Source: Lama glama
Lineage: Eukaryota
DNA length: 64,000 nt
Assembly (NCBI GenBank): GCA_028534125.1
Contig: CM052818.1
Span: 5,086,001-5,150,000 of the forward strand
Reading direction: 5' to 3'
Shown here: positions 24,130-36,740 of the stretch, one piece after another
How the letters are laid out: every line of letters begins with the position of its first letter
How positions within the stretch are numbered: the first letter of the stretch is position 1
Made by a program: the position numbers and the translations under genes
The notes under the pieces: generated by a model
What the model was told of the DNA's origin: nothing
Databases searched by the model: none
What the model saw: only the letters and a program-made list of their open reading frames with translations

Positions 24130-26669
24130 CACTTCCTCATCAAAGATGGAGGTCCTTGAGGGGAAGACTGAGGAGGTCTGGCAGTGTTGACCAAACGTCA
24201 AAATCCAGCAGAACAAGGATGGATGCTAAAGCCACAAGTGCTGTGATGGCCTCATTTCTGCTGGATGGAAGACGGTAGATCGCTAACCCACCACAAAGAC
24301 CCAGAAAGGCCAACAGCTCTTGCACGGCAGCTCCTGCTACATAGAATGACATGCAGTTTCCACTCGGAAGGCTCCAGGCCGAGGAGCAGCATTCCAGTGG
24401 GTGGGTCTGATGTCAGGGAGGTGGATTCCATCCGACTTACAGCTGCACCAAAGGCTGGCTTTGGCAGCAGTTCCTGAGCCATAATTTTCTGAACAGTCTT
24501 TCCAGACTTGCAAGGAGAATTTAGACCTCAGCACAGATTCCATCTCACGTCTTTATTTTGTGTCATCACATTCTAATCCGATGACAAACAGTTGGTCTGA
24601 GATTTCAGTATATTACTATATTAGTGCAATTTATGTCCTGTGTGGAAGCTGATGATGTGTAAAGACTACATTGTGGACTTGCCTGGATTCTAATCCAGCA
24701 CCTAAAAGGACAGCGTTGCTTTGGTGAATCACAATGGTATTTTATTATGAAATCCAATGGTTAGTTTGTGGTGCTGGCTTGCCAATATATGCTGGCAGCA
24801 ACAATAATTATGTTTCCTTAAAAGTGGGCCAGAGCTCTGCAATTCACCTTTGAACAATCACCATGATAATTTAGCATCTAGTTGTACCATTTCTGCTTAA
24901 TATTATTTATAGAAGCATTAAAAAATTTATACTCTCTCTTAAACAGGCAAGATATATAGAGTGGATCCAGCCCAGCCAAACAGACAATGGCTTGATTCTC
25001 CCTGCTTAGTAAGAGCTGTAGTGCTGGATGGGAAACCAATTAGCCGAATGCGTTCTCATTCCAAGTCTCCTTCAGCTGTTTTCTTAAAAGAAATTTCCAC
25101 AACCTGAAAGCAGTCCGGTCTCCGAGCCCATCCCAGAAGTGGACCTGAAATAGATGAGCTCAAGAAGAATAGAAAGTAAATCAATTTCCATTTTCACAAG
25201 CCTGAGTCTGCTCATTTTCAGAGAGGACAAACCATGCAGAAAACAGTGCCAAATTACTCATGGTTTAATGACAATTGCACAGAAAAGGCAACCGATCTCC
25301 CAAGCTGTTATGCTCAGGACTGCGTCTGGACAGAGGTGCTTTGGACCTGGATCAGGGCATCAGGATGAGGACTTTGTGCCCCAGGGACCAGTCTCACTCC
25401 TCTCCTCTCGGCTTGGTGATATAAACAAGATGCTCTCTCCCAGGCCGCTTCCGGGTTCCTCTGCTGTGGTCTGTGGGTTTTGTCATGCCTCTTGTGACTG
25501 GCTCTGTTACCCTTGTCGAAAGTAAAAGCGATCAAATCATGTGTGGTATTTCATGGAGTAAATTCTTGGCGAACTTGACTTTTTGCATGGTAGTCTCTTG
25601 TTATTTTTGCTAGGTCAGCAGATAGTTTCCAAGCCGTGTTCTCTTTGGAGGTGCGAGTATATGGGGTCGGGGAAGGACTATTTACTAACTTTGTTAGACT
25701 AATTTCAGAAAAGAGGAGTGGATGATTCGGCTTTTAGGCCTAATGTTTAATAAGAAGATGCTGACTTGGGCTATTCCTTTCCCTGTTGTTTAGGACGTAC
25801 GTCAGCGGAAAATCATCAGAAGTGTGGGACGGTAGGACGTCTTTCACAAGTGTGTATCAATTTTCTTATCTGATTGAGCTGGTTCTCATGAAGATTCTTT
25901 ATTTCTTCCATTGCACTTAAGATGAAACAATGTACGTGAGGGCTTGCAGGTGTGGAGTAGGAGGATGAGGGGAGAGAGAGAATCACTTTACAAAGACCAC
26001 TCTGGCCTCAGTGAGGACCAGAGAGAGAAGACAGGTAGGTCTGCGAGGGGACCACTGAGTGGTCCAGGTGGGAGCTGCTGGCGGCGTGGCCTGTGGGAAG
26101 CCCTCAGTGCATCACGGTTACTGGAGCTGTTCTTAGTGCTGCTCTGGATGATAGAGCACTGGCTTGCGTTAGCTGGAAAGCATAAATTCTCTTTGGATTT
26201 TTGTGGCTTCTTTGCTCTTTTGGGAGTGGATGTGCTTCTGTGACTCGGAAGCGGGGGAAGCAGAGGCGTATCCAGGCTGCTCAGTTGGCACCTGTGCTCA
26301 TTTTTAAAGTCTGGAACTTGGACCCAAAGCACTGCTTTATTAATCCGGTGCCACCCACAGCTGAGTGACCATATCCACAGGAGAGAATTGGACGAAAGTG
26401 ATGGAGTGACTCAGATAAAGTCCAGGCCTGGAAAGGGGAGCATTAGCATGAAGGCTCTCCCCTGTAACCTCTAAGCTCTTTATTTTCTAGGGTTCTCAGG
26501 GGTTCAAACAGCTGCCTCATGTTGGATCTTTAAATGAGACTACATATGGCAAATCACTGGACACACCAGACCATTTCTGGTTCATGAGGTCCCCTCTCCC
26601 CAAAACACAGTCCTCCCACTCACCTCCTCTCCTCCACTAGGGTTGAACCCAAATCAGCCCATGAACCGC

Positions 26670-26940
26670 TTGCTCCAGAAGGTCTTCTCTGACCAGTCCA
26701 CCCCACCCAGGCTGGGTTGCTGCTTCTGCCCCGGATTCCCAGAGTCCTCTCTGCTTTCTTCCTTCTTCCTTACACTGGGTTCTCCCTACGCTGGATTCTC
26801 TCTGATCATACATCGCTCTCCCGGGCTAGGAAGGCATTGACCACAGAGGACGGCATCTCATTTATTTTTGTATCCTTAGTGTGGTGCCAGAAACTCAAAT
26901 ATGGACACAAGTGAATGATGGACAGAGGAATGACTGAAGG
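26670..26940 (+). mobile_element. L2 3' portion
   Basis: ctccagaaggtcttctctgacc...tcatttatttttgtatcctta, followed by a tgaatga-like tail. Confidence 0.65.
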
Positions 26941-27439
26941 TAAATATCTGTATTGAGCTAAACTGCAGACAGACAGTCAGGTGTGAAGGGATGGCTTGCT
27001 TGGGGAAAAGCAGCCAGGCTCGGCTGGTGTGCCCGTGACAAGGTAGGTACATCAACGTGGGGCACCTTTTCTGCCCCTTCCCAGTGTCATCATCCTCCTT
27101 TTCTGCTAGGTCTGCTCCACCTCAGCTTCACATGCTCCTGACATTCTTTGGTCTGGTTTCAGGGAGGTAAGTAGACTTAGAGCTGAGAGGCAAGGGCAGG
27201 GGTAGTGTAGAGAGGTGAGGTCCCCTAGCCCCATGGTTGGGGTTGGTCTCGCTGATCACAGGTAAGGATCATACTGGTGATCAGCAAAGTTAGAACTCGT
27301 TGGATAACACATTGTTAGCCAATTGTTTTCAAAGTAACTTTAAAAACCTCAACTCAAGTTATTTGCCTCCTCTGATCAGTGTGCTTGGGTTGAGTACCAG
27401 GTGAAAATGTGAAAAGGAGGCTGTCTTCATGATGATAAA

Positions 27440-27600
27440 GCATACGGGGCTTCAACTCCCAGCTCTCCGCCTTCCCACCTGGGGGTCTTGAACATGCCAC
27501 TTAACTTCAGGGCAACCCAGTTTCTTTGTAATTGGAGCTGAGGCTATTTCTTCCCTGATAAGGCTGTTGGGAAGGTGAAATGAGGCCATGCCCACTTTGC
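27440..27600 (+). mobile_element. MIR
   Basis: gcttcaactcccagctctcc...gtcttgaacatgccacttaacttc...aggctgttgggaaggtgaaatgag. Confidence 0.75.
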
Positions 27601-30174
27601 ACAAGGCCCTCGCTGCCCAAAACACAGTCCCCCAATCACCTCCTTTCCTGGTGCGTGGTAAGCCCGCAAGGCTGTTAGCCAAGGCTATGATAGTAGATGA
27701 CGCTGCATTGCATGCAACTGTGTTTTAAATTGTTCCCTTTGCTTACGCATTTCACCCGTGAATCTTTCCAGTACAAGCATCATTCACGTGCTTAGATTTC
27801 TCAAGTTATTTTGCACATTGACTACTGAAAGTCAGCCCAGAAATACAAAGCTGAGTATATCTTAGAAGAGAATTTTCATTATGCTTCAACTGATTTTATC
27901 TTTTGGATTCAGGAAAAAAATATACTTTTTTATTTGAAATGAATCAAAACTCTGCTTGCTCAATTCGTTCAACTCCTCGAGTGGTTCTCAGTAGCATTAA
28001 CTCAACTGGGAGATGTAAAAATCAGTATAACTTTGCCTTCCTTTATTTTATCTAATAGGCCTAAACTTAGCCACACAGGGGAGCCGGGTTCCTGCGAGGT
28101 GGGTAGAAATGAGGACTGTTTTAGCTCCTGGCAGATACAGATGTCTCTTTCAGGAAGAATGGAAATTGAGTGAAATAAATCGCTTACCCATAGTGACACT
28201 GACAGAGATGATGAGCTTTTTTGAAATGCAGTCCGTTTAGGGTTCAGACGGGAGGTAGACTATTGTACCAGGAAAAGCACAAGATTAGGAAAACAGAGCT
28301 GTGTCGCCTGGTCCAAGCCTTCTTCTCGCGTTTTAGTCTACGAAATGAGGCTGAAATACTCCTCTGTCTGTTGCGAAGACCGATGGAGATTCTATCATTA
28401 TTGCGAGGGTCTTATGTAAACCACCCACTCCTCTCTCTGAAGGACGGGTTTTCTCTGCTGTCACATAGTTGTGTCTATCAAAGGGCACAGAATTGGCGAG
28501 GTCAACAGTGATAAGACCTGTTTATCTCACACCTGCTATAAAGCTGATGTGAGGCTTACATATATATGTATGTACATATACACATAGGAAAAGCCTATAA
28601 TCTAATTAACAATATATGAGAGAGAAAATACATACACAGTTTTTCAAAGGGCACATATCTTTCAGTGTACCAAATTCTTCAGCACCAAAAATTTATTAAA
28701 AGGAGGCAAGCTTTTCTTTCAATGCCAGCTATAAATAATTCCCCTTCAGGGTGAGTTGGCAGAGCGTTAGGAATCTTACCAATTGCTTTGGGGAAAAAAA
28801 CAATTCTTTCATAATACAATAACATTTTCACCTTTTTGTAGCTCTTCCAACAGAGTTCAGATTTCACTTTGTGATTCTGAGAAGCAATTATCCTATCACA
28901 CAGGGGAACAGCTTGTCAGTAACTTATCTCCAAGTCTCCCTCTCTCCCGGGGGACGTGCCTCTCTGTTCTTCTCAGAAGCTTGGTCTCTGAGCTCGCTTC
29001 TCTTGGCCAAGGGTATAAATCAAGGAGCCAGTTCCATTTGGAATTTAGGCGTTAGCCTTAGTTGCTGTAAGAAACAGACTGGATTATTTACAACCAGGGG
29101 TGTCTAGGTTTTCATCACCACGGACGGTTGGGTGTTTGAGAGCATTCACCTTTAAGATATCCAGAATACAAGCTGTTGATCCTCTGTGGATTGTAAATTT
29201 CTGGAGCTGGGCTCCACCGCTCTTGTCGGCGAGGCAAGTTTTATGATCACCATTACATTAGCTCCTCTGAAATGCTGGGAAGCTGGGAGCCTCCTTCGTA
29301 TTAGGAAGCCTTGCCTTGCCTTTCATACCAATAAAGTTGTTCTTAGACTGGAGTTCATCCTAATAAGCATCTTGAGAATTGCACCTGAACCAAGAAGTAT
29401 TCCCCCCTCTGTCTGCCCTAAGCCTCAGAGTCTCCAGCAGCCTACATGCTTTGAATCTAAGACAAGGCTTACAGCCTAACAGCTTTTTTTATCGCCTTCC
29501 ATCAAGCAGAAAAGCCTCCAGGTGGATTAGGCTGAGTGTGTAAGAAGCTTACAAGGTACCAGATGTCAAGCCTCAGTAAAGGTCATTCTATTAGGGACTA
29601 TTCTCTTTCCGGGCACAGATTTCCTCCTGGACTAGTGGAGACCAGGGAAGGAGGACCTGGTATTCTGCCACAGACCTTCGGAATGCTTAAGGGGAAGGGT
29701 TATGCGTGACAGATGTGCACGCGGTTTAAGGATCTGAGCTTCAAAGGGGCAGCATGTGAGAGGACAATAGAATACAAATGGGAAAATGTTATTTGAGAAA
29801 TCTTTCCAAGTAAGACACACCTAGCATTACTGGAATGTGATGGTGGTGTGGTTTCTGCATAAAGAACCTTTCTCTGATACAGAAATACACATTTCTCCAT
29901 CAGAAAAAGCAAGTTAGAAGTCTGCATGTGGTTCTGTTGGAGGAAGAAAGATTTAGAAATGTTCTCCACCATCGAACCAGGATTAAAGCATAAAGCACTT
30001 ACCTAGTTGAATACAGCACAGAAAGTTGCTCAAGGGATGCAAAGCGAATGTGCTAACGTGAGGGGGAAAAACCAGCTTTAATAAACTCTTTCTAAGAGCC
30101 GAGCTCCACATTACTATGGTCACACCATAGTACATCTGTCTTAGGGATGTAAAAACTCTGCATAGAATGTTGGC

Positions 30175-30400
30175 TCAATGCTTTGGCTCAGTTGAGTTGA
30201 GTGCCTTTGGCCAAGTTGTGGCTGTTGGTGCCGCTGGCTGGTGGGCTATGGGAGCAACGTGATTAACCCTGCCACTTATCGGTCAAGATCACTCTCCGGT
30301 CACAAGTACAAGTGCCAGGATCACACCGATGGGAGGGGGCGAAACAGGGCACCTTTCTCAAGTTGCTTTTAGTCAATCAGTATTCAGTTGCATAGCGCTC
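30175..30400 (+). mobile_element. Possible ancient tRNA-derived SINE (MamSINE1-like)
   Basis: tggctcagttg (A-box-like), ggccaagttgtgg, taaccctgcca and ggtcacaag occur in the order recalled for MamSINE1. Confidence 0.4.
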
Positions 30401-31382
30401 TGTTCTCCTGGCCCCAACTTTGCCAACAAGTCTGGCCTTCCAGCAGACAACCCAAATGAATATCAGAAAAAATGTGTTCTCCATAAATGCCTTTGACTAA
30501 TTTGTTGCCGAGATCTTAACATTTGTGACCAAATTTCCAGTCTGCCCGCTGAATGACTTCTTGCTGGAAAATATCAAAAGAGACTTCAGAGTCAAATTAT
30601 TTCCTCCCACACACCTGAGTCATGGGTCAAAGGTTTCACCGGTTTCCTTACTAAGGCTTTTCCTAGGCTCCCGTCTAAGAGTTTAGCGCCAGATGGGTGG
30701 AAAGTAGGGATGTGATTAGGAACTCATTTGTATTCTTTTTTACTGTTAAATCTAATCTTATTGCCAGGGATTTCCATTCCCTATCCCTGAATAGAAATCT
30801 GGTCTTTCTGATGAAGTGGTGATGGGAGGAGGATGTCTTTCCATGGCAATACAAAACCTGCTGCGATCTTGTTGTGAGCTCTTGGAGTGTCTTGCTTAAA
30901 AGAGTTCTTGTCACTTGGAGAACTCACTGGAGCCAAGCCAGTTCCCTGGGGAAGGCTGGTGTCTGCTACTTGCAGGGCTGGCTGTCAGGTTGGTCCTGTG
31001 TGTTTGTAATTAACCACGATGTCTGGATGTTGATGGAGTGAGTCTGGCCAATGGTTTCCCTCCAAAGAGGGGTTTCCTGGCTGGCTCTCCTGTGTCAGAA
31101 ATGCCAAATTGGGAGTTGCCTGGAGACTCCAGAGATGCAGTTCATTTGGCTGAGCTCCAGCAGTGAAGCCAAGCGCTGAGAAAGCAGATCAGACATAACC
31201 TGAATTGGAATCAGTGGGCTTTTCCAAACATTTGGCTCCTCTGCATCTCAATATTATGTTTAATGTTTTAAAGCATATTTAGTAAACATGTCACTAGCAA
31301 TTGTCCGTCCTTAGTCTCTTCCTGCTCTTTCCTTAATGATTTTCCCATTTCCTTTGGGCTAGTGTGATAGGCTGGTTTCTCA

Positions 31383-31422
31383 GTGTGTGTGTGTGTGTGT
31401 GTGCGCGCGCGCGCGCACGCGC
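31383..31422. repeat. (GT)10(GC)7ACGCGC alternating purine-pyrimidine microsatellite
   Basis: Direct reading. Confidence 0.95.
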
Positions 31423-31945
31423 TCACGTGCATGCACACACAAGAATGCATGTGCATTTCAGTCTAGACAGATCAGGAGATTTGTTTTTACTAACTCAGTC
31501 ACTTGCTTACAGCATCCACTCCTTATGAACCAGATAAATAATCTGAATGCCTCACTTTTCTCACCAAATTTGGCTGGTTTTCCCCTCCTGAGGAAGCTGA
31601 GCTTAGGGTACACATCAATTACTACAACAAATTTTGCATTTATAGACTCATGCAAGGTGTACTCTCTTTCCCTGAATTAAGTTCAAAGAACAATGTTCCA
31701 ATGGCCCATGGAGGATACAGCCACATTTTGCCAGTAGGGAGTGGCTTCTAAAGTCTTTCTCATTAATTCTTAGAATGTCAGCGTGGGATGAAGTCGGGAT
31801 CCTTGGTCTTCTCAGCCCCTGCCTCCCTCTCTCTCCCTATCTCCGCTACTCCCCTCCATGTACGTCTTTTACTGCAGTCATCTTCTAGCTTCTTATAGAC
31901 CCCTGAATGTATCACGTCTCTCCATGCCTCTTTGCCTTCACATGT

Positions 31946-32738
31946 TCTATTAGTTTCCCGTTGACGCTGTAACAAATGACCCTAAACTTTGTGACTTAAA
32001 CTGCAGAAATGCCTTCTCTCATGGTTCTGGAGGTCAGAAGTCTGAAATCAAGGGTCAGCAGGTTCAAGCTCCTTCTTGAGGCTCTGGGGAAGAATCTGTT
32101 CCATGCTTCCTCCAATCTCGGGTGGTTGACAGCATTCCTTGGCTTGTGATCACATCGCTCCTATCTCTGCCTCTAGGTCACATTACCTTCTCCTCTTCCC
32201 TCAGGGCCAAGGCTTCCTCTGCCTCCCTCTTATAAGGACATTCGTGATTTAGCAGCTTTAGCACATTTAGCGTTTGGCACCCACCCAGATAATCCAGGAT
32301 AATCTTTGCATCGCCAAGATCCTTAATTTAGTCACATCTGCAAAAATCCTCTTCTATATAAGATAACTTTTACGGGTTCTAGGGATTATGACCTGGTGCG
32401 CTCTCTTTTTTTTGTAAATTAAAGTATAGATGATTTACAATGTTGCGTTAGTTTCAGATGTATGGGAAAGTAATTCAGATATGTGTATATATGTATAATA
32501 CATGTATATGCATACATGTTATATATGTGTATTATATATGTATATGCATATTTGCTATGTATATATTTGTGTGTATATATGTATATGTGTATATGTATGT
32601 ATACATGAACCCTTTTTCCATTATAGGTTATTGCAAGATATTGAATATAGCTCCCTGTGCTGTACAGTAGGTCCTTGTTGTTTATCTGTTGGACCCAGCT
32701 CTCTTCAGGTGCAGGAGTGCATTATTCAGTCCGCCACA
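31946..32738 (-). mobile_element. MaLR LTR, MLT1C-like, interrupted by L1
   Basis: tattagtttcc...gttctggaggtcagaagtctgaaatcaagg...cccacccagataatccaggataatct...cattattcagtccgccaca. Confidence 0.92.
32406..32690 (-). mobile_element. L1 3' end with expanded (TA/TG)n, inserted in MLT1C
   Basis: Poly-T, aaagtatagatgatttacaatgttg...ttgaatatagctccctgtgctgtacagtaggtccttgttg. Flanking direct repeat gctctctt at 32400-32407 and 32698-32705. Confidence 0.9.
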
Positions 32739-32775
32739 CACATTCCTGAGACAATCTTTCACCTTGTCACCTAGT

Positions 32776-33163
32776 CAGTGTTTCTTAAACTATCTCTGAT
32801 AACGGATCTTCTTTTCTTTTCAGAATAAATTCAAATTTGTTGTATACTGATACGTTTTCAAACTCACATGCTCCGACTCCACGGCAATACCAAATTGCTC
32901 TAAAAGTTCCCTAACTTTTATATTCTTCTTTTTTTCCCATTTTTTATTCATATTTCTTTTTTTGCACATATTTTTAAAATTTACATATATGTACTGTTCA
33001 TTGTTTCTAAGAACAGTTTAGAGCTTTAGCTTTTTAAACTTACATGGTTACCAAAGGAATAAAGCCAACCACAAACTCTTATATTCTCCTCTCAGACCAG
33101 TAACACCCAGTTGAAAGCTTGAAGACCGCCAGTAGTCCACACACCACACTTTGAGTAGCACTG
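32776..33163. mobile_element. Non-autonomous hAT-Charlie element
   Basis: Termini cagtgtttcttaaact ... ccacactttgagtagcactg form an imperfect Charlie-type TIR. Confidence 0.7.
32930..33073 (-). pseudogene. Short polyadenylated retro-insert of unknown source (3'-UTR-only retrocopy or orphan transduction)
   Basis: 17-bp TSD, 15/17 identical (32913-32929 and 33074-33090). Minus-strand AATAAA at 32948-32943 lies just before an A-run. Confidence 0.6.
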
Positions 33164-33469
33164 ATCTAAGAAGACTCTTGCTCGTTCAAGTACCACTTTT
33201 CCCAGGAATCTTTTCCAGCTCACCGTTTAGGACTTGAGTTTAATGGCCCTGCCTCACACTCCTGTGGTTCCTAGGATACTTCATGCTGCTTTTCATCATC
33301 TGGTTCTTCATTATTTGCTTGATCCTCTAGCCTTGAGCCCCTTAAAGGTAAGAACCACACTTCGGTGGACTTGGATCCTGGCATAGATCTTGATATGTAG
33401 TGGGTGCTCAATAAATATTTTTAGACTTATTGAATAAATGAATGAATGAATGAGTGAGATACCCATAGA

Positions 33470-34150
33470 GTCTGGAGGCTGGATCCAAGATAACAATGGA
33501 GGATTTATTTTGAGAAAAACAAAGGCTAAAGAAACTGAAATAAGTCTAGAATGGTTTAGTAGATTGCAAAAATGGTTATAAGTTTTTTCCCATTTGGAAG
33601 GGAAATCTATTTTCTTACCCTTTAAATCGGGTCTGGCCTGGTGATTTGATTTGACCAACAGAATGTGGCAGAAATGATATATGAGTTCTTAACTAACATT
33701 CAGAGGCTTTGCAGCTTCTGTTCCCTTCTGCTACCGTAGAACCAAGGTTGACTTAGCCTCCTGGAGAATGAGAAACCTTGAAAAGAGAGCTACCAGCCAT
33801 CCATCTGAGCTGCGGTCCCCCTGATATGTGCACAGTCAAGAACAGGCAAGCCCAGATCAGTCCAGAAGAACCAACTAGGCTGAGCCCAGCCCAAACTGAT
33901 AGCTAAATAAAACGATTGTTGTTTTACACCAGTAAGGGTGGTGGTTTGTTATACAGCCAAAGCTCACTGATGCAGAGAAGAATGAAGAATGGGGCATGAA
34001 AGCTAGTGCATAGTTGTCTTCTAAATGTACCCAGGGCAGAAGAGAGATGGGTTCAACTTGTGACAGGGAGGACTAAGATTGGATATTAGAAAGTATTTTT
34101 CCTTTGCAGACTGCGAGACATTAGAAAATTAACAGAGCCACCAAGAGGGT
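33470..34150 (+). mobile_element. CR1/L3 3' region interrupted by an MLT1 LTR
   Basis: gagatgggttcaacttgtgacaggggaggactaagattggatattagaaagtattttcct resembles the L3 3' end; an upstream piece aaggctaaagaaactg precedes the LTR. Confidence 0.55.
33555..33974 (+). mobile_element. MaLR LTR (MLT1H-like)
   Basis: tttgaccaacagaatgtggcagaaatga...gctgagcccagcccaaactg...aataaaacgattgttgtttta...ggtttgttatacagc...ctgatgca. Confidence 0.88.
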
Positions 34151-36584
34151 TTAACAGGTGTAATTTGAGTCTCTGGCCATAGAGCAGAAGGGTGATAACT
34201 GATCCACATGAAACTCAAACCCAAGACCCGTTGTCTTCAGAAACAGAATCAATAGGCAACAGTTGGTGATTGTGCAGTTCAGCTCAACTATATAAAACAC
34301 TGACGCTGAGTCTGACAGAGCTTTGCAAACAAAAAGGGAAGAGGAAAGCAGTTGAGAAATATAGCTTTTGACTTTGATAGCTCCAACTGAACATGAGCCT
34401 CTCCCTCCTCATGACTCATTTGATCACCTTCTTATCCATCCCTTCCCTATATGTGTCCTGGGCACCTCCCATCCACGGGGCGCCAAGCTAGGTACCAGAT
34501 AGTCGGTGGTGAGTAGAGCAGACACAGACCTCACAGATCTTACCGTTTGGCAGGAAAGACAACCCAACAGGCAACTATTAAACATGACACTTCCCCTTTT
34601 TTGCTTTAGTCAGACATATCAAACATACTTTTTTGTCTCTGGGATGCCTGCCATTGGGTATAACCAGCCTCCATCAAGCCCTTGGCATCTGTCCCTTTCA
34701 GCATGATGCTTACATTGCCTCATGGCTAGTCTGACATCAGCCGTTTGAAATTATGCATTGCTAAGTTCCCGATGTGGATCGTGACTGAATCAGTGAGAGC
34801 GGAGCCAGAAGGTGTGAGAAAAGAAGTCGCACATCGGGTGCGGGCTTTTCTGGGCTTACAGGTGAGCCTATCTGTTCCAGGCTACGGTGCACATTTTTAG
34901 CGTCTGCTATAAAACATCTGAGGCCTGGAGATCACAAATCAGATATATGGCATCCAACGTTAAAAACATCTCATAATTTACCACAGTAAATCAATCAAGG
35001 TTTTTCCTAGAAATATTGGAACTGAAACAAGAGTTGAGTGAAAACAGAAAAATCTCTAGAGGTTTAGTTGGCTTAAAGGTATTTCTTGAAATATTGAATC
35101 CCAGGGGCTAGAACACTGTATTAGAGAGATCCCTGAAAGACGTTTTTTTCCCGTGATGGAAAAGATGACTTCCTGAAAGTAGTTTATTGCTTGGTAGAAG
35201 GGACTCATTAGTTGGATCGCAGGACAGCCAGCTCTCAGTTACCTGGGGGCCAACTATTGCAGATCTGTGCCTCTCTGATCCCTGTGTCCGTTTCACCACA
35301 CCACATTCCTTTAGAGCTACCGTCTAAAGGATTGCTGAGGAAGGCAGAGGACGTGGAACTCCAATCAGCTAAAAACGAACAGCATATGAGCTAGGCTGGC
35401 TCTTTCAATGGCTTCGTGAGAGAGTGGCTGTATCTTCCTAACATGGTGGTCTTGTGTACTTGTGGATTTTATTTACTCCACTGTCCTCGTCCACACTGAC
35501 AGCGGTAGGTAATCAAGATAGGTGACCAGAATATAGTTTTCATTTGTCCCATTAGATTTGCTTATATTTTTTAGTTTTTAGCATAACCTTCCACACCCTC
35601 CCCCCCCCCCAAAAAAAAGAGAGTTCTCCCTCCAAAACAAGATCTCAGCAAGGTAAAGTAGAAAGACCATGGGATTAGTTACCAGGAAACAAAGTACTCT
35701 TGGCTCAGAGAGGATCTAACTTGTCGATTCTGTTTCCTTATCTAAAAAATAGACACAAAATAGTGCATTTCAGTCCTGGTGATGGGGAGGAGGGCGTTAC
35801 ACTGATCAGCCAGAAGGGAGGTGCTTCAGAGCTGTTAGAGCACCATGTAAATGGCATATGTTATTTTACACCTGAGATTCTTGCCATCGTACAAACTACT
35901 CCCAAAGCAGCGGTCAGTTCTGACTGCGGGATGAGCTGAGGTGGTAGCGGGCTGGCTGTGAGCTCTTCTGGTCCATATTGGAAGGTGCATCCTGCTGACC
36001 ACGGAACCCTTTCTTCATATCTGGGCCTCAGCTCCGGCCACTCTCCTTTCTCAGGTTGGCATTTGTCTACTTTCTCTGTACCCTCATTGGCCTGACTTCC
36101 TAATTCACAGGCACTGGCCTTCCACTTGGGGATGATAAGATCATCTCTTCCAAGTCACAAAATTCAGTGTGCACACAGCACAGTTCAGAATTTGCAATCT
36201 CAAGAATGTTTCATTAAATGTCACTGCTGTCTGGATTCCCAAACCTTAGAAGCATTTTCTTTCACAAGTGGACACTGGAGAAATTGAATCCTTGAATTCC
36301 CTTAAAATCATTCTCCTTTGATGAACAAAGACCCATAGACATTACATCTTGCTCCGTTCTTTAAACAGCAAGGGAAAACACACACAGCCACACGCAAATC
36401 CGTGCGTACACTCACCAGAAACAGGAAGTGCTCCGTTATTAACTGAGGCTGACTATGTCAGACCACTATATTAGATAAATAAATGAGTACATCAGGTGTT
36501 TCTTAATGGCTCTAAATGAAGTACACTATACGTTTTAAAAACATAGAGAATGTTGGCCCAGAGGCCATAAGTACTCACCAGAGA

Positions 36585-36740
36585 GGCCACACAGTATAAG
36601 GGAAAGGCTCTTGGACCAAAGGCCTAGAGACCTTTGCTACAAAGCTGTATGTGACCACGGTACATCACTCACTCAACCCTCTGAGCCTCAGGAAATGAGG
36701 GCTGAGCTCAGAAATATTTATGAGATTCCTCTTAGCTTTA
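36585..36740 (+). mobile_element. MIR
   Basis: gctgtatgtgaccacgggtacatcactc...aaccctctgagcctcag. Confidence 0.65.

Larger units (their letters stand above)
31800..33455 (+). mobile_element. L2 3' region, fragmented by nested MLT1C, L1, hAT and retro-insert
   Basis: L2 pieces at ~31800-31945, ~32740-32775 and ~33165-33455, ending gtagtgggtgctcaataaatatt...tgaatgaatgaatga. Confidence 0.75.

Noticed and set aside
23851..24543. Overlapping ORFs with EDEDEDEEE and K/R-rich stretches, suggesting a processed pseudogene
   Set aside because: Explained by a GA-rich low-complexity tract. No parent protein, poly(A) or TSD recognised.
30112..30132. Perfect 9-bp hairpin tactatggt-cac-accatagta (a similar one lies at 27251-27285)
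   Set aside because: About one such stem is expected by chance in 64 kb, and it is too short for a pre-miRNA.
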